Part shown: positions 29,324 to 41,457 of the stretch, piece after piece
Layout of the letters: the number at the start of each line of letters is the position of its first letter
How positions within the stretch are numbered: position 1 is the first letter of the stretch
NCBI GenBank assembly: GCA_965656495.1
Contig: CBFHKU010000006.1
Location: forward strand, 104,282 to 154,993
DNA: 50,712 bases
Source of the DNA: Coraliomargaritaceae bacterium
GTDB taxonomy: Bacteria > Verrucomicrobiota > Verrucomicrobiia > Opitutales > Coraliomargaritaceae
Direction: 5' to 3'
Notes under the pieces: generated by a model
Databases searched by the model: none
What the model was told of the DNA's origin: nothing
The model's input: the letters and a program-made list of their open reading frames with translations, nothing else
Made by a program: the position numbers and the translations under genes

Positions 29324-30613
29324 TTAATCCGCCCGCACTAAAAGGAAGGCGCCGGCGCCATCGTGTCCCGTTTCCCAGGGGTAGCTCAAGCGCTGCTCTT
29401 TGAGCTCAAAGGCTTTCCCACTCGGACTTTTAAGAAAGGCGTCCACCACGTCCCGGTTTTCAGCGGCCTCGATACTGCAGGTGCTGTAAACGAGGCGACC
29501 GCCGGGTTTTACGAATCGACTGGCGGCGGCGAGCAGTTGCGATTGAAGCTCGGCGCAGGCGCTGAGGTCTTTGGCTTGCAAGCGCCATTTGACGTCGGTG
29601 CGGCGCTGAATGACGCCGGTGTTGCTACAGGGGGCGTCGAGGAGAACGGCGTCGAAGGCTTTGGGCAGGTCATGTTTCTCCAGATCGTCTGCTTGCAGGG
29701 TGAGGAGGTCATGGGCGAGGCGGGTACAACTGAGCCCGGTACTTTTGAGGCGGGCAAGATTTTGATCGAGGCGTTCCATGCGTTCGCCCGGCAGGTCGAG
29801 CGCGACGAGTGAACCATTCCCTTTTAAACCTTGAGCCATTTCATAGGCTTTACCGCCCGGGGCAGCGCAGAGGTCAAGGATTGCCTCGCCGGGTTGGGAA
29901 TTGAGCAGGGCGGGGGCAAGCCGGGTCGAGGGGTCTTTGACATAGGCACCGCCGCTCTCGAGAAGGGGACGGATTGCTTCGAGCCAGGGCGTATCGGTGG
30001 GGGCGCGGTAAAAGCCGGGCCATTGACTGGCTTCGAAAGAGTCGGGCAGGGCTTCCTCGGAACGGATATAGGTGATGGGGATTTGTTGGTTCCAGCGCAG
30101 GAGGGCTTCGCAGTCTTCGGTTCCGTAGGCTTGGGTCCAATGCCGGACGAGCCATTCGGGGTGGCTGTGCTTGTTTGCGGCTTGAGTGGTATCGTTTTCG
30201 ATTTCCGCGAATGCGGCGGGCAGTTTGCGAAGGACGGCATTGATGAGGGCACTCTCGGGTTTACTGACGTGCTTTTTGCTTCCCTGCACCGCGTGGTGGA
30301 TAATTTTAGGGATTTTTTCTTTATCGGCCTGGAATAATTCGTAGCCGGCGACAAGAAAGATGGCCTCGACCCAGTGGCGCGGGGCTTTGCGCAGGAAGGG
30401 TTTTAGGGCGGCGCGGGTGCGATGTCCATGGCGCAGGGCACCGAGAAAAAGTGACTGGCAGCTCTTGCGGCGACCGCCATGAAAACCGCTTGGCAACTGT
30501 TCCAGTAGTTGATCTGCCTTCCATCCACCATCGAGATAAGTAGCCGTCAGAAATACTGCGGCATCCCAACCCGAGGCATTTGTTTCAGATAGGTTAAACT
30601 TAAGGCTTCTCAT
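29324..30613 (-). CDS. rsmB: RsmB/NOP family RNA m5C methyltransferase with NusB-like N-terminus
   Basis: INAVLR, SHPEWLV, LDLCAAPGGK, LDAPCSNTG and LVYSTCS motifs. Confidence 0.85.
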   Translation of the reverse strand: MRSLKFNLSETNASGWDAAVFLTATYLDGGWKADQLLEQLPSGFHGGRRKSCQSLFLGALRHGHRTRAALKPFLRKAPRHWVEAIFLVAGYELFQADKEKIPKIIHHAVQGSKKHVSKPESALINAVLRKLPAAFAEIENDTTQAANKHSHPEWLVRHWTQAYGTEDCEALLRWNQQIPITYIRSEEALPDSFEASQWPGFYRAPTDTPWLEAIRPLLESGGAYVKDPSTRLAPALLNSQPGEAILDLCAAPGGKAYEMAQGLKGNGSLVALDLPGERMERLDQNLARLKSTGLSCTRLAHDLLTLQADDLEKHDLPKAFDAVLLDAPCSNTGVIQRRTDVKWRLQAKDLSACAELQSQLLAAASRFVKPGGRLVYSTCSIEAAENRDVVDAFLKSPSGKAFELKEQRLSYPWETGHDGAGAFLLVRAD

Positions 30614-30673
30614 AAGCGTAAAAATTGTGCATTGTATTGTGTTTACCTACCTGACTAGCATTCGCAAACAATT

Positions 30674-32536
30674 ATGAACGAAGCGGCCATAGACGCATTA
30701 ATAGAAAACAATCCCAAGTTGGCGCACGCCCGTGCCAAACTCGAGAGCATGGCGCCCGGCAATTTTTGCCTGCACCGCAGCTGGGGATTTGGGAAAATAG
30801 TGGATTTTGATGAGGCGCAAGCCAAGATCGTTATCGATTTTGAGGAGGGTGACAAGACCGGTCATGCCATGGGTATTGCCTTCTGTGTTGATAAATTGGA
30901 AATCCTCAAGGCGAATGATATTTTAGTACGTTCACGTACCGAGGCGGATGTGATTGAGGAAATGATCAAGAAGGCGCCGGCTGATTTAATTTGTGAGATT
31001 TTGGCGGGAAGCGATGACATGGCGATGATGGCTTCCGAAATTGAGCGCTCGCTGGCTCGCGTGATTGGGCCGGTTAAGTACAAGAAATGGTGGACTGCCA
31101 CCAAGAAAATACTGGAAAAGGATCCCCGCGTTGGTGTGCCGAATAAAAAGACCGAACCGTTTATCCTGCGTGATGAACCCGTTAAACCGGAGGAGGAAAT
31201 CCTCGAACAGTTTCACGGCACCCGTAATTCCAAAGAGAAGATCCTGCTCGGAGAGAAACTTTTTGCATTGTCCGAAAATATCTCGGTTATTCGTGAAGAA
31301 TTGCCGGAGATTCTCGCCGAACTGACCGATGCGATCAAAAATGCGAAGTCTTTGAGTCAGGCGGACCGCCTGCACGGAGTTTGGGTTCGTAATGACCTCG
31401 CCCGCGATTTGCACGAAGACGTTGAAACGCTGGAGCCTTCCTCGGCATCGATTCTCGATTCCACCAATGATTATTCGGAACTGGCTTCGGAGCTCCCGGC
31501 TAATTTCTACAAGCGTTATCTCGATTTGATTCGCCGCACCTATGAGGACAAATGGCAATCAATGCTGGAAGACCTCCTTCGCAATTCCAGCGGTAAATTC
31601 ACCAGCGAATGCATCAATTTCATGCTGGAGCATGGGTTCGATGGTCGCATCGCGCACTGCCTGAGTCGCTGGCTCAACGACCAGACCATCAAGGGGCCGC
31701 TCCTGCTTTGGGTGGTGAAAAATCGTAACTCCAAGAAATACTCGCCGATTATCGCGCCACTGGTTTCTCCGCGTCTGCTCTCGGCGATGTTCTATGCAAT
31801 CGATTATGAGGCGCTGCAAAACGCGAGTGCGCGACGCATCCCCCTTGCGGATCTGCTCAGCGAGGACGGTGAATTGATCCCCGACCTATTGGCGGATGCC
31901 AATGTTGAGACCGCGCAGGATCTCGCTCAAACCCTCCTCTTGAATCAAGGCTTTGAGGATTTGACAAAAAAATCACTTATTGCCCGCTTCATTAAGAAAT
32001 TCCCAACCGTGCAGTCCTTGATTGCCGGAGAAGGTTCCGGGGCTTCCGAGGAAGAGGGGCTGATCGTTTCGCAAGCCAGCTTCGATACTGCCAAGGCGGA
32101 ATACGAAGACCTCATTACAGTTAAGATTCCGGAGAATAAAGAAGCGATCGCCACTGCCCGCGAGCATGGTGACCTTAAGGAAAATTCGGAATACAAGATG
32201 GCGCGTCAGGATCAGGACATCCTCCTCTCTCGCAAGAACGAGCTGGAAGTCGATCTTTCCCGCGCCCGCGTGACTGATTTCAGCGAAGTGACGAATGACA
32301 ATATCGGTATCGGTAGCGTCGTTGAATTAAAGGAAGGCTCCAGCGGCAAGACGCAACGTTATGCCATCCTCGGCGCGTGGGATTCCGACCCGGAAAACGA
32401 TATTCTTTCCTACAAGACTCCGCTCGCGCAGCAATTGCTGGGTAAGAAGAGTTCGGATTCCGTGACCATCGAGATCGGTGGCAATACGGAGGACTGGACC
32501 GTCCTGAAGATCGAGCGCTGGATCGACCAAAAGTAG
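30674..32536 (+). CDS. greA: Long GreA/GreB-family transcription elongation factor
   Basis: C-terminal IATAREHGDLKENSEYKMAR, IGIGSVV, ILGAWDSDP and SYKTPLAQQLLG; ~460-aa N-terminal extension. Confidence 0.88.
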   Translation: MNEAAIDALIENNPKLAHARAKLESMAPGNFCLHRSWGFGKIVDFDEAQAKIVIDFEEGDKTGHAMGIAFCVDKLEILKANDILVRSRTEADVIEEMIKKAPADLICEILAGSDDMAMMASEIERSLARVIGPVKYKKWWTATKKILEKDPRVGVPNKKTEPFILRDEPVKPEEEILEQFHGTRNSKEKILLGEKLFALSENISVIREELPEILAELTDAIKNAKSLSQADRLHGVWVRNDLARDLHEDVETLEPSSASILDSTNDYSELASELPANFYKRYLDLIRRTYEDKWQSMLEDLLRNSSGKFTSECINFMLEHGFDGRIAHCLSRWLNDQTIKGPLLLWVVKNRNSKKYSPIIAPLVSPRLLSAMFYAIDYEALQNASARRIPLADLLSEDGELIPDLLADANVETAQDLAQTLLLNQGFEDLTKKSLIARFIKKFPTVQSLIAGEGSGASEEEGLIVSQASFDTAKAEYEDLITVKIPENKEAIATAREHGDLKENSEYKMARQDQDILLSRKNELEVDLSRARVTDFSEVTNDNIGIGSVVELKEGSSGKTQRYAILGAWDSDPENDILSYKTPLAQQLLGKKSSDSVTIEIGGNTEDWTVLKIERWIDQK

Positions 32537-32586
32537 CCCTCGGGCTTGGGCTTGACCGTCGGGTGTCGGGGTACAGACTGTGAGGT

Positions 32587-33012
32587 ATGAAAATACCTGC
32601 AATCTTTACCAAAACCAGCTCCACTCTTGCTTTACTCCCGTTGCGAATTGGAATTGGCATCAGTATGTTCTACCATGGTGCTCAAAAGCTATTTGGTTGG
32701 TATGGTGGTAAAGGGCTTGATGCGACTGCTAAAGGTTTTGCTGAGAACCTGGGCTTGGAACCCGGCATCGTTATGGCTTCGCTTGCTGGTGGTGCTGAAT
32801 TTTTGGGTGGCATTGGTCTGATTATTGGATTTGCTACCCGGCTTTGGGGCGCAGCTATTGCCTTCACTATGGGGGTCGCCATTTATACAGTCCATCTGGA
32901 CGGCTTTTGGGGCGGAATGGAAAAACCAATGATCTTGCTGCTCGGAAGCCTTACGCTTATGATTGCAGGAGCGGGTCGCCTTTCAGTCGACTACGGTTCT
33001 TCTCGCAGTTAA
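32587..33012 (+). CDS. DoxX family membrane protein
   Basis: [29 protein letters not shown] and GAGRLSVD motifs. Confidence 0.93.
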   Translation: MKIPAIFTKTSSTLALLPLRIGIGISMFYHGAQKLFGWYGGKGLDATAKGFAENLGLEPGIVMASLAGGAEFLGGIGLIIGFATRLWGAAIAFTMGVAIYTVHLDGFWGGMEKPMILLLGSLTLMIAGAGRLSVDYGSSRS

Positions 33013-33449
33013 TGCTCCCTCAGGCGAATCGTATGCCTTCCTTCGCGGGAACTTGCGAGGTCGAGGTGCCATGCTTCGGGCGGGATCGTCTCTGCGATTC
33101 GCTCCGGCCATTCGACCGCGAGGCACCAGGGTGAAGTCAGGAAATCCTCCAGCATGAGGGCGTCGAGATCGGCGCCGGATTCGAGTCGATAGGCATCCAG
33201 ATGCAGGAGTTTCCGCTCACCATCGTAGAGGGTGTAGAGATTAAAGGTGGGGCTGGTGACGGGTTCGGTGATGCCCCAGGCACGCGCCAGCCCGCGAACA
33301 AAAGTGGTTTTACCGGCTCCCAAATCGCCGTGCAGCGCGAGTACTTGATCGGGCGGCAGGCAGTCCGCTAGCGCGAAAGCGACGGCTTCGGTTTCCTCCG
33401 CGCTTTCAGTGGTGATGCCCGCGCGCAATTGGTCTAGAATTTCAGCCAT
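33009..33449 (-). CDS. tsaE: tRNA threonylcarbamoyladenosine biosynthesis ATPase TsaE
   Basis: [23 protein letters not shown] and VEWPE motifs; true start ATG 33449. Confidence 0.95.
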   Translation of the reverse strand: MAEILDQLRAGITTESAEETEAVAFALADCLPPDQVLALHGDLGAGKTTFVRGLARAWGITEPVTSPTFNLYTLYDGERKLLHLDAYRLESGADLDALMLEDFLTSPWCLAVEWPERIAETIPPEAWHLDLASSREGRHTIRLREH

Positions 33450-34434
33450 CGTTGTTCCAGTGTTCGTAGCCCCGGGTCCAGGGAATGGGATCGCCGCTAC
33501 CAGCCTCGATAAAAATACCATCGGGATTTGCGGGGATGATTTGCCCGATACGGGTAAGGGGGAGTTCGGGAAAGTCGGCCTGCCAGCGTGTTTCAAAAGC
33601 GGAACGATCGGCCTCGCCGGATAGCGCGAGGAGGATTTCGTAATCCTCGCCATCGCAAAAGGCGTGCTCGAGCGCCGATTGACCATCGCGCTTGGCGAGT
33701 TCTTTGGCGGCATCGGCAAGCGGAATTTGATCGAGTTCAATCGCAGCGCTGCTTCCCTGCGGCAGGAGGGCCTGCAGGTCTTTGCCGAGTCCATCGGTCA
33801 AATCGATCATGGCGCGGCACTCGTTTTGTTGCGCGAGCCACTGCCCCGCTTGGAGCCGTGGCTCAAAGCGATAGTGCTTGCCAAGGATGCTGCCGCCCAG
33901 CGTGCCGCTTACATAAAGCGAATCGCCAACCGAGGCGCTCGTCCTGAGCAGGGGGCGCGGACATTGCCCCAAGAGAGTGAGGCTTGCGGAGAAATGCCCC
34001 CTTTCAAGAGTGCTGAGATCGCCGCCCACAATCTTTAACTTGTACTGCTCGCAACTGGAACGGACTCCCGCAAAGAAGGCTTGGAGCCATTCAAAGGCAA
34101 GGTCCGGGCCGCTCAGGAGGGTAAGTACGGCGCTATGCGGGCTCGCGCCCATCGCGGCGAGGTCGCTGAGATTGCGGTGGATGAGTTTCACTCCGGCTTC
34201 AAAGGGCGTCAGGCTCGCGTCGATATGTTGGCCGTATGTGATCGCATCGGTAGTGATGCAGGTCTTCTGTTGGGGATCAAATTCGAGCAGGGCGCAATCA
34301 TCACCCATCCCGGCGGGAGCGGCGGGGGTGATCGCACCGAGCCAGGTCTGGATGTGTTCCAAGAGCGCGCTTTCCCCCAGCCGCGCGATTTGATGCGCGG
34401 GGTCTTTGCTAAATGGAGGGTGATCCGTTTTCAT
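33442..34434 (-). CDS. thiL: Thiamine-monophosphate kinase
   Basis: [26 protein letters not shown] and GEDYEIL motifs; start overlaps the xth stop. Confidence 0.94.
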   Translation of the reverse strand: MKTDHPPFSKDPAHQIARLGESALLEHIQTWLGAITPAAPAGMGDDCALLEFDPQQKTCITTDAITYGQHIDASLTPFEAGVKLIHRNLSDLAAMGASPHSAVLTLLSGPDLAFEWLQAFFAGVRSSCEQYKLKIVGGDLSTLERGHFSASLTLLGQCPRPLLRTSASVGDSLYVSGTLGGSILGKHYRFEPRLQAGQWLAQQNECRAMIDLTDGLGKDLQALLPQGSSAAIELDQIPLADAAKELAKRDGQSALEHAFCDGEDYEILLALSGEADRSAFETRWQADFPELPLTRIGQIIPANPDGIFIEAGSGDPIPWTRGYEHWNNDG

Positions 34435-35222
34435 TAATGGGAAAGCGTCAAGCTGACGGGGCAATGGTCTGAGCCTTCAACCTGATCAAGGATCTCAGCT
34501 GATTTGAGCTGTGGTATGAGGCCGGGGGAAGTGCAGAAATAATCGATGCGCCAGCCGATGTTGCGTTTGCGGGCTCCGGCGCGGTAGGACCACCAACTGT
34601 AACGCTCGGTGGCTTCCGGATAAAAATGGCGAAAGGTGTCGACAAAGCCAGCTTCGAGAATCGCATCAAATCGGGCGCGTTCCTCGTCGGTGAATCCGGC
34701 GTTCTTGCGATTGGTTTTTGGATTGGCGAGGTCGATTTCGGTATGGGCGACATTCAGATCGCCGCAGAAAATGACGGGTTTTTCTTTTTCGAGATTTTTG
34801 CAATACGCGAGAAAATCGACATCCCACTCGAGGGTGCGGTAATCGAGGCGGCGGGGGCGTTTGTGCTCGTCGTGGTTTTGTGAATTGGGGGTATAGACCG
34901 TGACGAGGTAGTAATCGGGGAATTCAGCGGTTAGGACGCGGCCCTCCGTATCATGTTTTTGAATACCGATGCCCTTGGTGACGGAGAGGGGTTCCGAGCG
35001 GCAGAGGAGGGCGGTCCCGGAGTAGCCCTTTTTCTCGGCGCAATTCCAATAGAGGTGCGGGTAGTCCGTAAACGCAAAGCCCGAGACCAGATCCTCCGAG
35101 ATTTTTGTTTCCTGCAGGCAAAGCACCTCGGGTTTTTCATGCGCGAGGAAATCCTCAAAGCCTTTTTTTAGGACGGCTCGGAGGCCATTGACGTTCCAGG
35201 AGATAAGTTTGGTTTCGGGCAT
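34434..35222 (-). CDS. xth: Exodeoxyribonuclease III / AP endonuclease
   Basis: [28 protein letters not shown] and SDHCP motifs. Confidence 0.95.
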   Translation of the reverse strand: MPETKLISWNVNGLRAVLKKGFEDFLAHEKPEVLCLQETKISEDLVSGFAFTDYPHLYWNCAEKKGYSGTALLCRSEPLSVTKGIGIQKHDTEGRVLTAEFPDYYLVTVYTPNSQNHDEHKRPRRLDYRTLEWDVDFLAYCKNLEKEKPVIFCGDLNVAHTEIDLANPKTNRKNAGFTDEERARFDAILEAGFVDTFRHFYPEATERYSWWSYRAGARKRNIGWRIDYFCTSPGLIPQLKSAEILDQVEGSDHCPVSLTLSH

Positions 35223-35227
35223 GGTAT

Positions 35228-36298
35228 TTATCGGTAGAAGCCGCCACCTAAGAGGGTTTTGTCGCGGTAGAGGGCTAGGATTTGTCCGGAGGCGAGGGCG
35301 CGTTGGGGTTCGTCAAAGCGGACCCGGGCGGAGTCTGTTCCGGTGGGGGTATAAGTGATCGCCTGCGCGGGGTCGCGGTAACGCGGTTTTGCGAGGAGGC
35401 GGCAGCTTTCCGTGACGGGTTTATTGATGAAACTGAGGCCGTAGACTTCCACTTCAGAGGTAAAGAGGCCCGGGGCATCCGGTTCGTCAAAGGCGACGAC
35501 CAACTCGTTTTGCTCGATATTGAATCCGACCACCACGAAGAATTGATTGTCGGTATTTGAGGGGACGCCGATGCCGCGACGCTGGCCCATCGTGAAACGG
35601 TGGAGGCCGCGGTGCTGCCCGAGGATTTTACCTTCGGGGTCGACGATATTACCGGGTTTGTCCTCGATGTAATATTCGAGGAATCGGTTGATATTCATAT
35701 CGCCGAGAAAACAGATTCCTTGGCTGTCCTTTTTTTCGGCATTCGGTAATTTGAATTTCTGGGCGAGTTCACGAACCTGGGGCTTTTGAAGTTCCCCAAC
35801 CGGGAAAATTGCAGGGGCAAGCTGTTCCTGACGGAGGAGGGCGAGGAAATAGCTCTGGTCTTTGTTTGGGTCGAGGCCTTCAAGGAGGTCGAAGCTGTTA
35901 TCCGCCTGCGCGAGCTTGCGAACGTAATGTCCGGTTGCGATCCCATCAAAGCCTTGGGAGCGGGCATAGTTTTCGAAGATCCCGAATTTCATCTCGCGGT
36001 TACACATGATATCGGGGTTGGGGGTGATGCCCTTGCGGTAACCTTCGACGAGGTATTGCACCACGTGTTCGCGGTATTCGTTGACGAAGTTGACGATTTC
36101 GTAGTCGATCCCGAGGTGCGTCGCGACTGCGCGGGAATCCTCGATGTCTTGCTGGGCGGGGCAGTCCGCGAGCGGCATTTCCTCGTTCATCCAGGTGCGG
36201 ATATAAGCGGCAGAAACGGCGTAGCCTTGCTCCCGGAGGAGGGCTGCCGCAACGGCGGAATCAACCCCGCCGGAAAGTGCCACTAGAATCTTTTGCAT
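35228..36298 (-). CDS. mnmA: tRNA-specific 2-thiouridylase
   Basis: [34 protein letters not shown] and DSQGICF motifs. Confidence 0.97.
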   Translation of the reverse strand: MQKILVALSGGVDSAVAAALLREQGYAVSAAYIRTWMNEEMPLADCPAQQDIEDSRAVATHLGIDYEIVNFVNEYREHVVQYLVEGYRKGITPNPDIMCNREMKFGIFENYARSQGFDGIATGHYVRKLAQADNSFDLLEGLDPNKDQSYFLALLRQEQLAPAIFPVGELQKPQVRELAQKFKLPNAEKKDSQGICFLGDMNINRFLEYYIEDKPGNIVDPEGKILGQHRGLHRFTMGQRRGIGVPSNTDNQFFVVVGFNIEQNELVVAFDEPDAPGLFTSEVEVYGLSFINKPVTESCRLLAKPRYRDPAQAITYTPTGTDSARVRFDEPQRALASGQILALYRDKTLLGGGFYR

Positions 36299-36429
36299 GG
36301 ACTAAGGAAAGCAGGCGGCGGGAGACAGTCAACAAGCGTTGGCGGGCGTGTCATTTTTTGCTAAAATTTTTCTGGTTTGTGTGAATGGGGATTGCAGGAT
36401 GGGGGACGAAGTGGCGATACTTGAAGGGT

Positions 36430-38862
36430 ATGTCGAAGGGAACAAAACAGTTGGAGACAGCCTATTGGGAGAACGGAAGCGCGGTTCTGGTCTTTCTGGC
36501 GGAGGATCGCGACCTGAGCGCGGGCAACCCGCCACTGAAGCTTGGTCCGAAGGGAACAGGTTTTGCCTCGATTGAGCGATTGTCGCCGGTGGAGGCGGCT
36601 CGTTACACGCGTTATTATCGCGAGGAAGACAAGTGGGTTTTTCGATTACAGGCAAAGCGGTACCCTCAATTGCAGAATCCTGAACTGGAGGTCTATCTCG
36701 GTGCGGATTTTAATGATTGGGAGATGGCAATTGGCTTGAAGGCTTGGCGTCTGAATCCGCAGGAAATTGATGGCGAGTTGATTTATGAATTGAAGGTCAA
36801 GGCGGAGGTGGTTCCGGAAGCGGGTCCTTCGGCGTTCAAATTTGTGACGGCGGAGGGTGAATGGCTGGATGTTCCCGATGGGGCGCCCAATCTCATGCTG
36901 ACGCATACCGGGGTGCGCAATTTCAAGTTGAACCCGCAGCAAAGCGGGGCACACCTCTATCGCTGTTATTTGCCGCATGAGTACAAGCCCAATGGCGCAG
37001 AATCTTTGGTTTGGGAGGATGCCGCGTCGCACGAGGTGCTGGAATTGCCGCACACGCAATTCCTGAGGGAGGCCTCCAGCAATTTGGAATTGGGCGCGCG
37101 GGTATTGCATGGGGCGACGCGTTTTTGCCTGTTCGCCCCCCGGGCGCGCGAGGTGTATGTCGTTTTTGGGCAAAGGGCGGATGGTTCGGATGCGCAGACC
37201 GTGGCGCTTGAGCGTGCGGATGCCTCGACTTGGGAAGTCCTGGTGGAGGGTGAGTTGGATGGGTGGTTTTACAGCTACCGTGTCGCCGGTGGAAATGATG
37301 ACGGCACAACGCACTTTGACGCGCATTTCCCGATATTGGATCCCTACGCGCGTGCCTGCCTGAGTGCGCGCGGTCCGGGGATTGTGCTTTCGGATGCGCG
37401 CACGGCTCCGGTGGAGCGTCCTTTTGTGCCGCCAAACTGGCATGACCTCGTCATTCTGGAGGGTCATGTTCGCGATCTCGCAGCGCACGCGCCGATCACG
37501 CTGAGCCCGCAGGAACGGCACGGTTATGCGGGGTTGCGCAAATGGTTGCGGGCGGAGGGTTCCTATCTGCGCGATTTGGGAATCAATGCCCTCGAACTCC
37601 AACCGATACAGGAATTTGATAACGAGTTGCCCTCGGATTACCACTGGGGCTACATGACCGCCAATTATTTTTCACCGGAGAGTAGTTATGCCGCGAATCC
37701 GTCTGCCGCATCTCAGGTGGAGGAATTTCGCGGCCTGGTGCAGGATTGTCACGATGCGGGCATGGCGGTTATTTTGGACGTGGTCTACAATCATGTCGGT
37801 GAACCGAATCACCTCCTATTTATCGACAAGTATTACTACTTCCACCTGGACAAGGCCAACGATTTGATGAACTGGAGCGGGTGCGGTAACGACTTGCGAT
37901 GCGATACCCCGATGGGGCGCCGCCTGATCCTCGAGAGCCTCAAGCATTTGATACGCACCTTTGATGTGGACGGATTCCGTTTCGACTTGGCGGAATTAAT
38001 CGGGATCGAGGTGCTGCGAGCAATTGAGGATGAATTGAAGGCCCTCAAGCCGGGGATTATTCTTATCGCGGAGCCTTGGAGTTTTCGGGGACACATTCAG
38101 GATGAATTAAAGGACTCGGGTTTTGCCTCTTGGAACGACGGCTTCCGGGAGGGGATTGCGGACTACGTCTGTGGACATGGAAAGCAGGAATCCATCCAGT
38201 ATTTCCTTTCGGGTTCGCCCGGAACGAGTCGTTTTGCCGCGCAGAGTATCAACTACACCGAGTCGCACGATGATCACTGCTGGCTGGATCGCATCACGGA
38301 ACGCGCCGAGCACGATGGTTCGGACCCCACCGTTTTGGATCGTCGCCGAACGCACCTGATGGCCTCCATCCTTTTTGGTTCGCTTGGGGTGCCCATGTTG
38401 GCGGCGGGGCAGGATCTCCTGCGTTCAAAATGTGGAGTCGCCAATACCTACCAGCGGGGCGATCTCAACGCCCTGGATTACAATAAACGCTATGTGTATT
38501 CCGGGACGCACCAGTATTTCCGCGATTGGATTCGCTTCCGGCGCTCTGATGACGGGAGGGCGCTGCGTTTTGACGGGGGCGTGCCGAAAGGCTATGTCGA
38601 ATGTTATTTTGCGGAGGGTTCCAGCGCGGTGGTGGCGGTCTTTAACGCCGATCAATCCGTCGCGGCACCCCGCGTGGTGCTCGGCATTAACCCGCATTTG
38701 GAATTTGCGGACATCGCAGTTCCGGAGGGGACCATGAAAGGACTGCGACAAGTCGCGGATGCCGAACGTTTTGACGAGCGCGGCCTCGGCCTTGCGGATA
38801 TCCCGCAATCCGAGGGACAGGTGAGCCTGCCGCCGATCAGTTGTGGCCTCTGGGTGGGCTAG
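36430..38862 (+). CDS. GH13 pullulanase/isoamylase-like debranching enzyme
   Basis: [25 protein letters not shown] and NYTESHD conserved regions; ATG 36430 preferred over 36385. Confidence 0.88.
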   Translation: MSKGTKQLETAYWENGSAVLVFLAEDRDLSAGNPPLKLGPKGTGFASIERLSPVEAARYTRYYREEDKWVFRLQAKRYPQLQNPELEVYLGADFNDWEMAIGLKAWRLNPQEIDGELIYELKVKAEVVPEAGPSAFKFVTAEGEWLDVPDGAPNLMLTHTGVRNFKLNPQQSGAHLYRCYLPHEYKPNGAESLVWEDAASHEVLELPHTQFLREASSNLELGARVLHGATRFCLFAPRAREVYVVFGQRADGSDAQTVALERADASTWEVLVEGELDGWFYSYRVAGGNDDGTTHFDAHFPILDPYARACLSARGPGIVLSDARTAPVERPFVPPNWHDLVILEGHVRDLAAHAPITLSPQERHGYAGLRKWLRAEGSYLRDLGINALELQPIQEFDNELPSDYHWGYMTANYFSPESSYAANPSAASQVEEFRGLVQDCHDAGMAVILDVVYNHVGEPNHLLFIDKYYYFHLDKANDLMNWSGCGNDLRCDTPMGRRLILESLKHLIRTFDVDGFRFDLAELIGIEVLRAIEDELKALKPGIILIAEPWSFRGHIQDELKDSGFASWNDGFREGIADYVCGHGKQESIQYFLSGSPGTSRFAAQSINYTESHDDHCWLDRITERAEHDGSDPTVLDRRRTHLMASILFGSLGVPMLAAGQDLLRSKCGVANTYQRGDLNALDYNKRYVYSGTHQYFRDWIRFRRSDDGRALRFDGGVPKGYVECYFAEGSSAVVAVFNADQSVAAPRVVLGINPHLEFADIAVPEGTMKGLRQVADAERFDERGLGLADIPQSEGQVSLPPISCGLWVG

Positions 38863-38904
38863 TTGAATCTACCGCTGCGCGGTGCCTGATTACTGCCGGC
38901 CCGG

Positions 38905-40014
38905 CTAGTGGGCGTGGACGATGTCGTACTGCCGAACCGTCGCAGTGGTGAGATCCACCCATTCGCTCCAACTGCGCTTAAGGCCGCGGCGAAGTTCCTT
39001 GATCTCGGCTTGAAGGTGGGCGCGTTGTGACTGGCTGACTTCTTTGATTTCGCGGAGCTTATTCATGAGCTCCTGGGTTTTTTCGTCAAAGTGGGCGGCC
39101 AATTCTTCAATTTTCGTGCGCAGTTCTTGTGCGGCCTCGTCGACCTCCTCGTTGAGGTGCGCAATGAGGAGTTTCCGGTCTTTCTGGATGAGGGATTTGC
39201 GGAGGGTGAGGGTGTTGAGGGAGCGCAGGTTTTTCGTGAGCCCTACTTTTGAGGCGAGCCAGATGGTCCATTTTGTTGGGTCAAAGTGATACCAGCGGAT
39301 GCCGTTCCGGTAATCTCCGGCAAAGGCGTGGTGGTAATTGTGGTAGCCTTCCCCAAAGGTAAGGAATGCCATAATGGCATTGTCGACCGCGCTGAGTTCG
39401 CGGGCGTAGGTTTTGGCGCCCACGGTGTGGCAGAGGGAATTGATGAACCAGGTACAGTGGTGAATGAAGGCCAAGCGCAAGAGAAAGCCCATATAAAAGG
39501 AGGCAATTGCGCTGCCGGTGACCCACCAACCGATGAGGAAGACCGCGAAATTCACGCCCAGCAGGAAAAGGCCGTAGTGTTTATGCTGCAGCATGATGCG
39601 CGGGTTCTTCTCGAGGTCTGCGACCAGCGTGGCGTCATACTTGCGTTCAAAGTCAAAGAGCCAAAGGATGTGCGCATACCAGAAACCCTTCTTGATAGAG
39701 TAGGGGTCTTTCTCAGTATCGCAGTGATTGTGATGCAGGCGGTGGTCGTGGGACCACTTGAGCGCCGACATTTCAAAGGATAGGGCTGAGCTCAAGAGGA
39801 CAATCCATTCAAAGAGGGGATTGGCGGTGTAGGCGCGGTGCGCATACAGGCGATGATAACCAACTGTAATTGCCATACCGCCCATGATGTAGGTCACCAG
39901 GAAAAGCCAAAACGCCGCCCAGGAGAAGTTGGCTATGCATGCGGGAAGGAGGGCCAGCAGCAAAATGTGGTAGCCGAGTACAAAGGCGAACATATCCCAG
40001 TGTTTGATTTTCAT
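38905..40014 (-). CDS. Delta-9-type membrane fatty acid desaturase
   Basis: His boxes HRLYAH, HRLHH and HNYHH; WFINSLCH; D.TKW.IW. Confidence 0.93.
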   Translation of the reverse strand: MKIKHWDMFAFVLGYHILLLALLPACIANFSWAAFWLFLVTYIMGGMAITVGYHRLYAHRAYTANPLFEWIVLLSSALSFEMSALKWSHDHRLHHNHCDTEKDPYSIKKGFWYAHILWLFDFERKYDATLVADLEKNPRIMLQHKHYGLFLLGVNFAVFLIGWWVTGSAIASFYMGFLLRLAFIHHCTWFINSLCHTVGAKTYARELSAVDNAIMAFLTFGEGYHNYHHAFAGDYRNGIRWYHFDPTKWTIWLASKVGLTKNLRSLNTLTLRKSLIQKDRKLLIAHLNEEVDEAAQELRTKIEELAAHFDEKTQELMNKLREIKEVSQSQRAHLQAEIKELRRGLKRSWSEWVDLTTATVRQYDIVHAH

Positions 40015-40282
40015 GATTCTTCGGTGTTGATTGGGGGAGGCGATTGGTTGGATATCAATCATTATGGGCACTGCGGCACGGTTTTACAAAAATGCCACAA
40101 TTAGGCAGAAGTCAAGGTGATTGCTCAATTCCACTCCTGCGCCTCGGTCAAGGATCGGCTCAAAATGGGCCTAAAAATCGGACTTTTCCCTTTGTTGGGT
40201 TGCCTCTGTTGCCGGGCGCCACATAAATTCTTGCTTTGGGTCGCTAAATCGCTTCAAGTGCGCGTTCCCACATTTAATCTAA

Positions 40283-41332
<1,050 letters not shown>

Positions 41333-41365
41333 TCTCAACGCGGTTTACCGCACCGGACTTTAGCG

Positions 41366-41414
41366 GCCGTCGTGGTTGGGTTCCCCAGAGTAACCCCGCC
41401 ACGGCGGCTTTTTT
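41366..41414 (+). terminator. Hairpin plus T-run between gap and pgk
   Basis: gccgtcgtgg...ccacggcggc followed by tttttt. Confidence 0.7.
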
Positions 41415-41457
41415 CCGTTAAAGCCCGCACATATAAATTTTTTCATCCAAAAAAATC

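Noticed and set aside
33450..33794. N-terminally extended TsaE (261 aa)
   Set aside because: The extension overlaps thiL in another frame; ATG 33449 gives a normal-sized TsaE.
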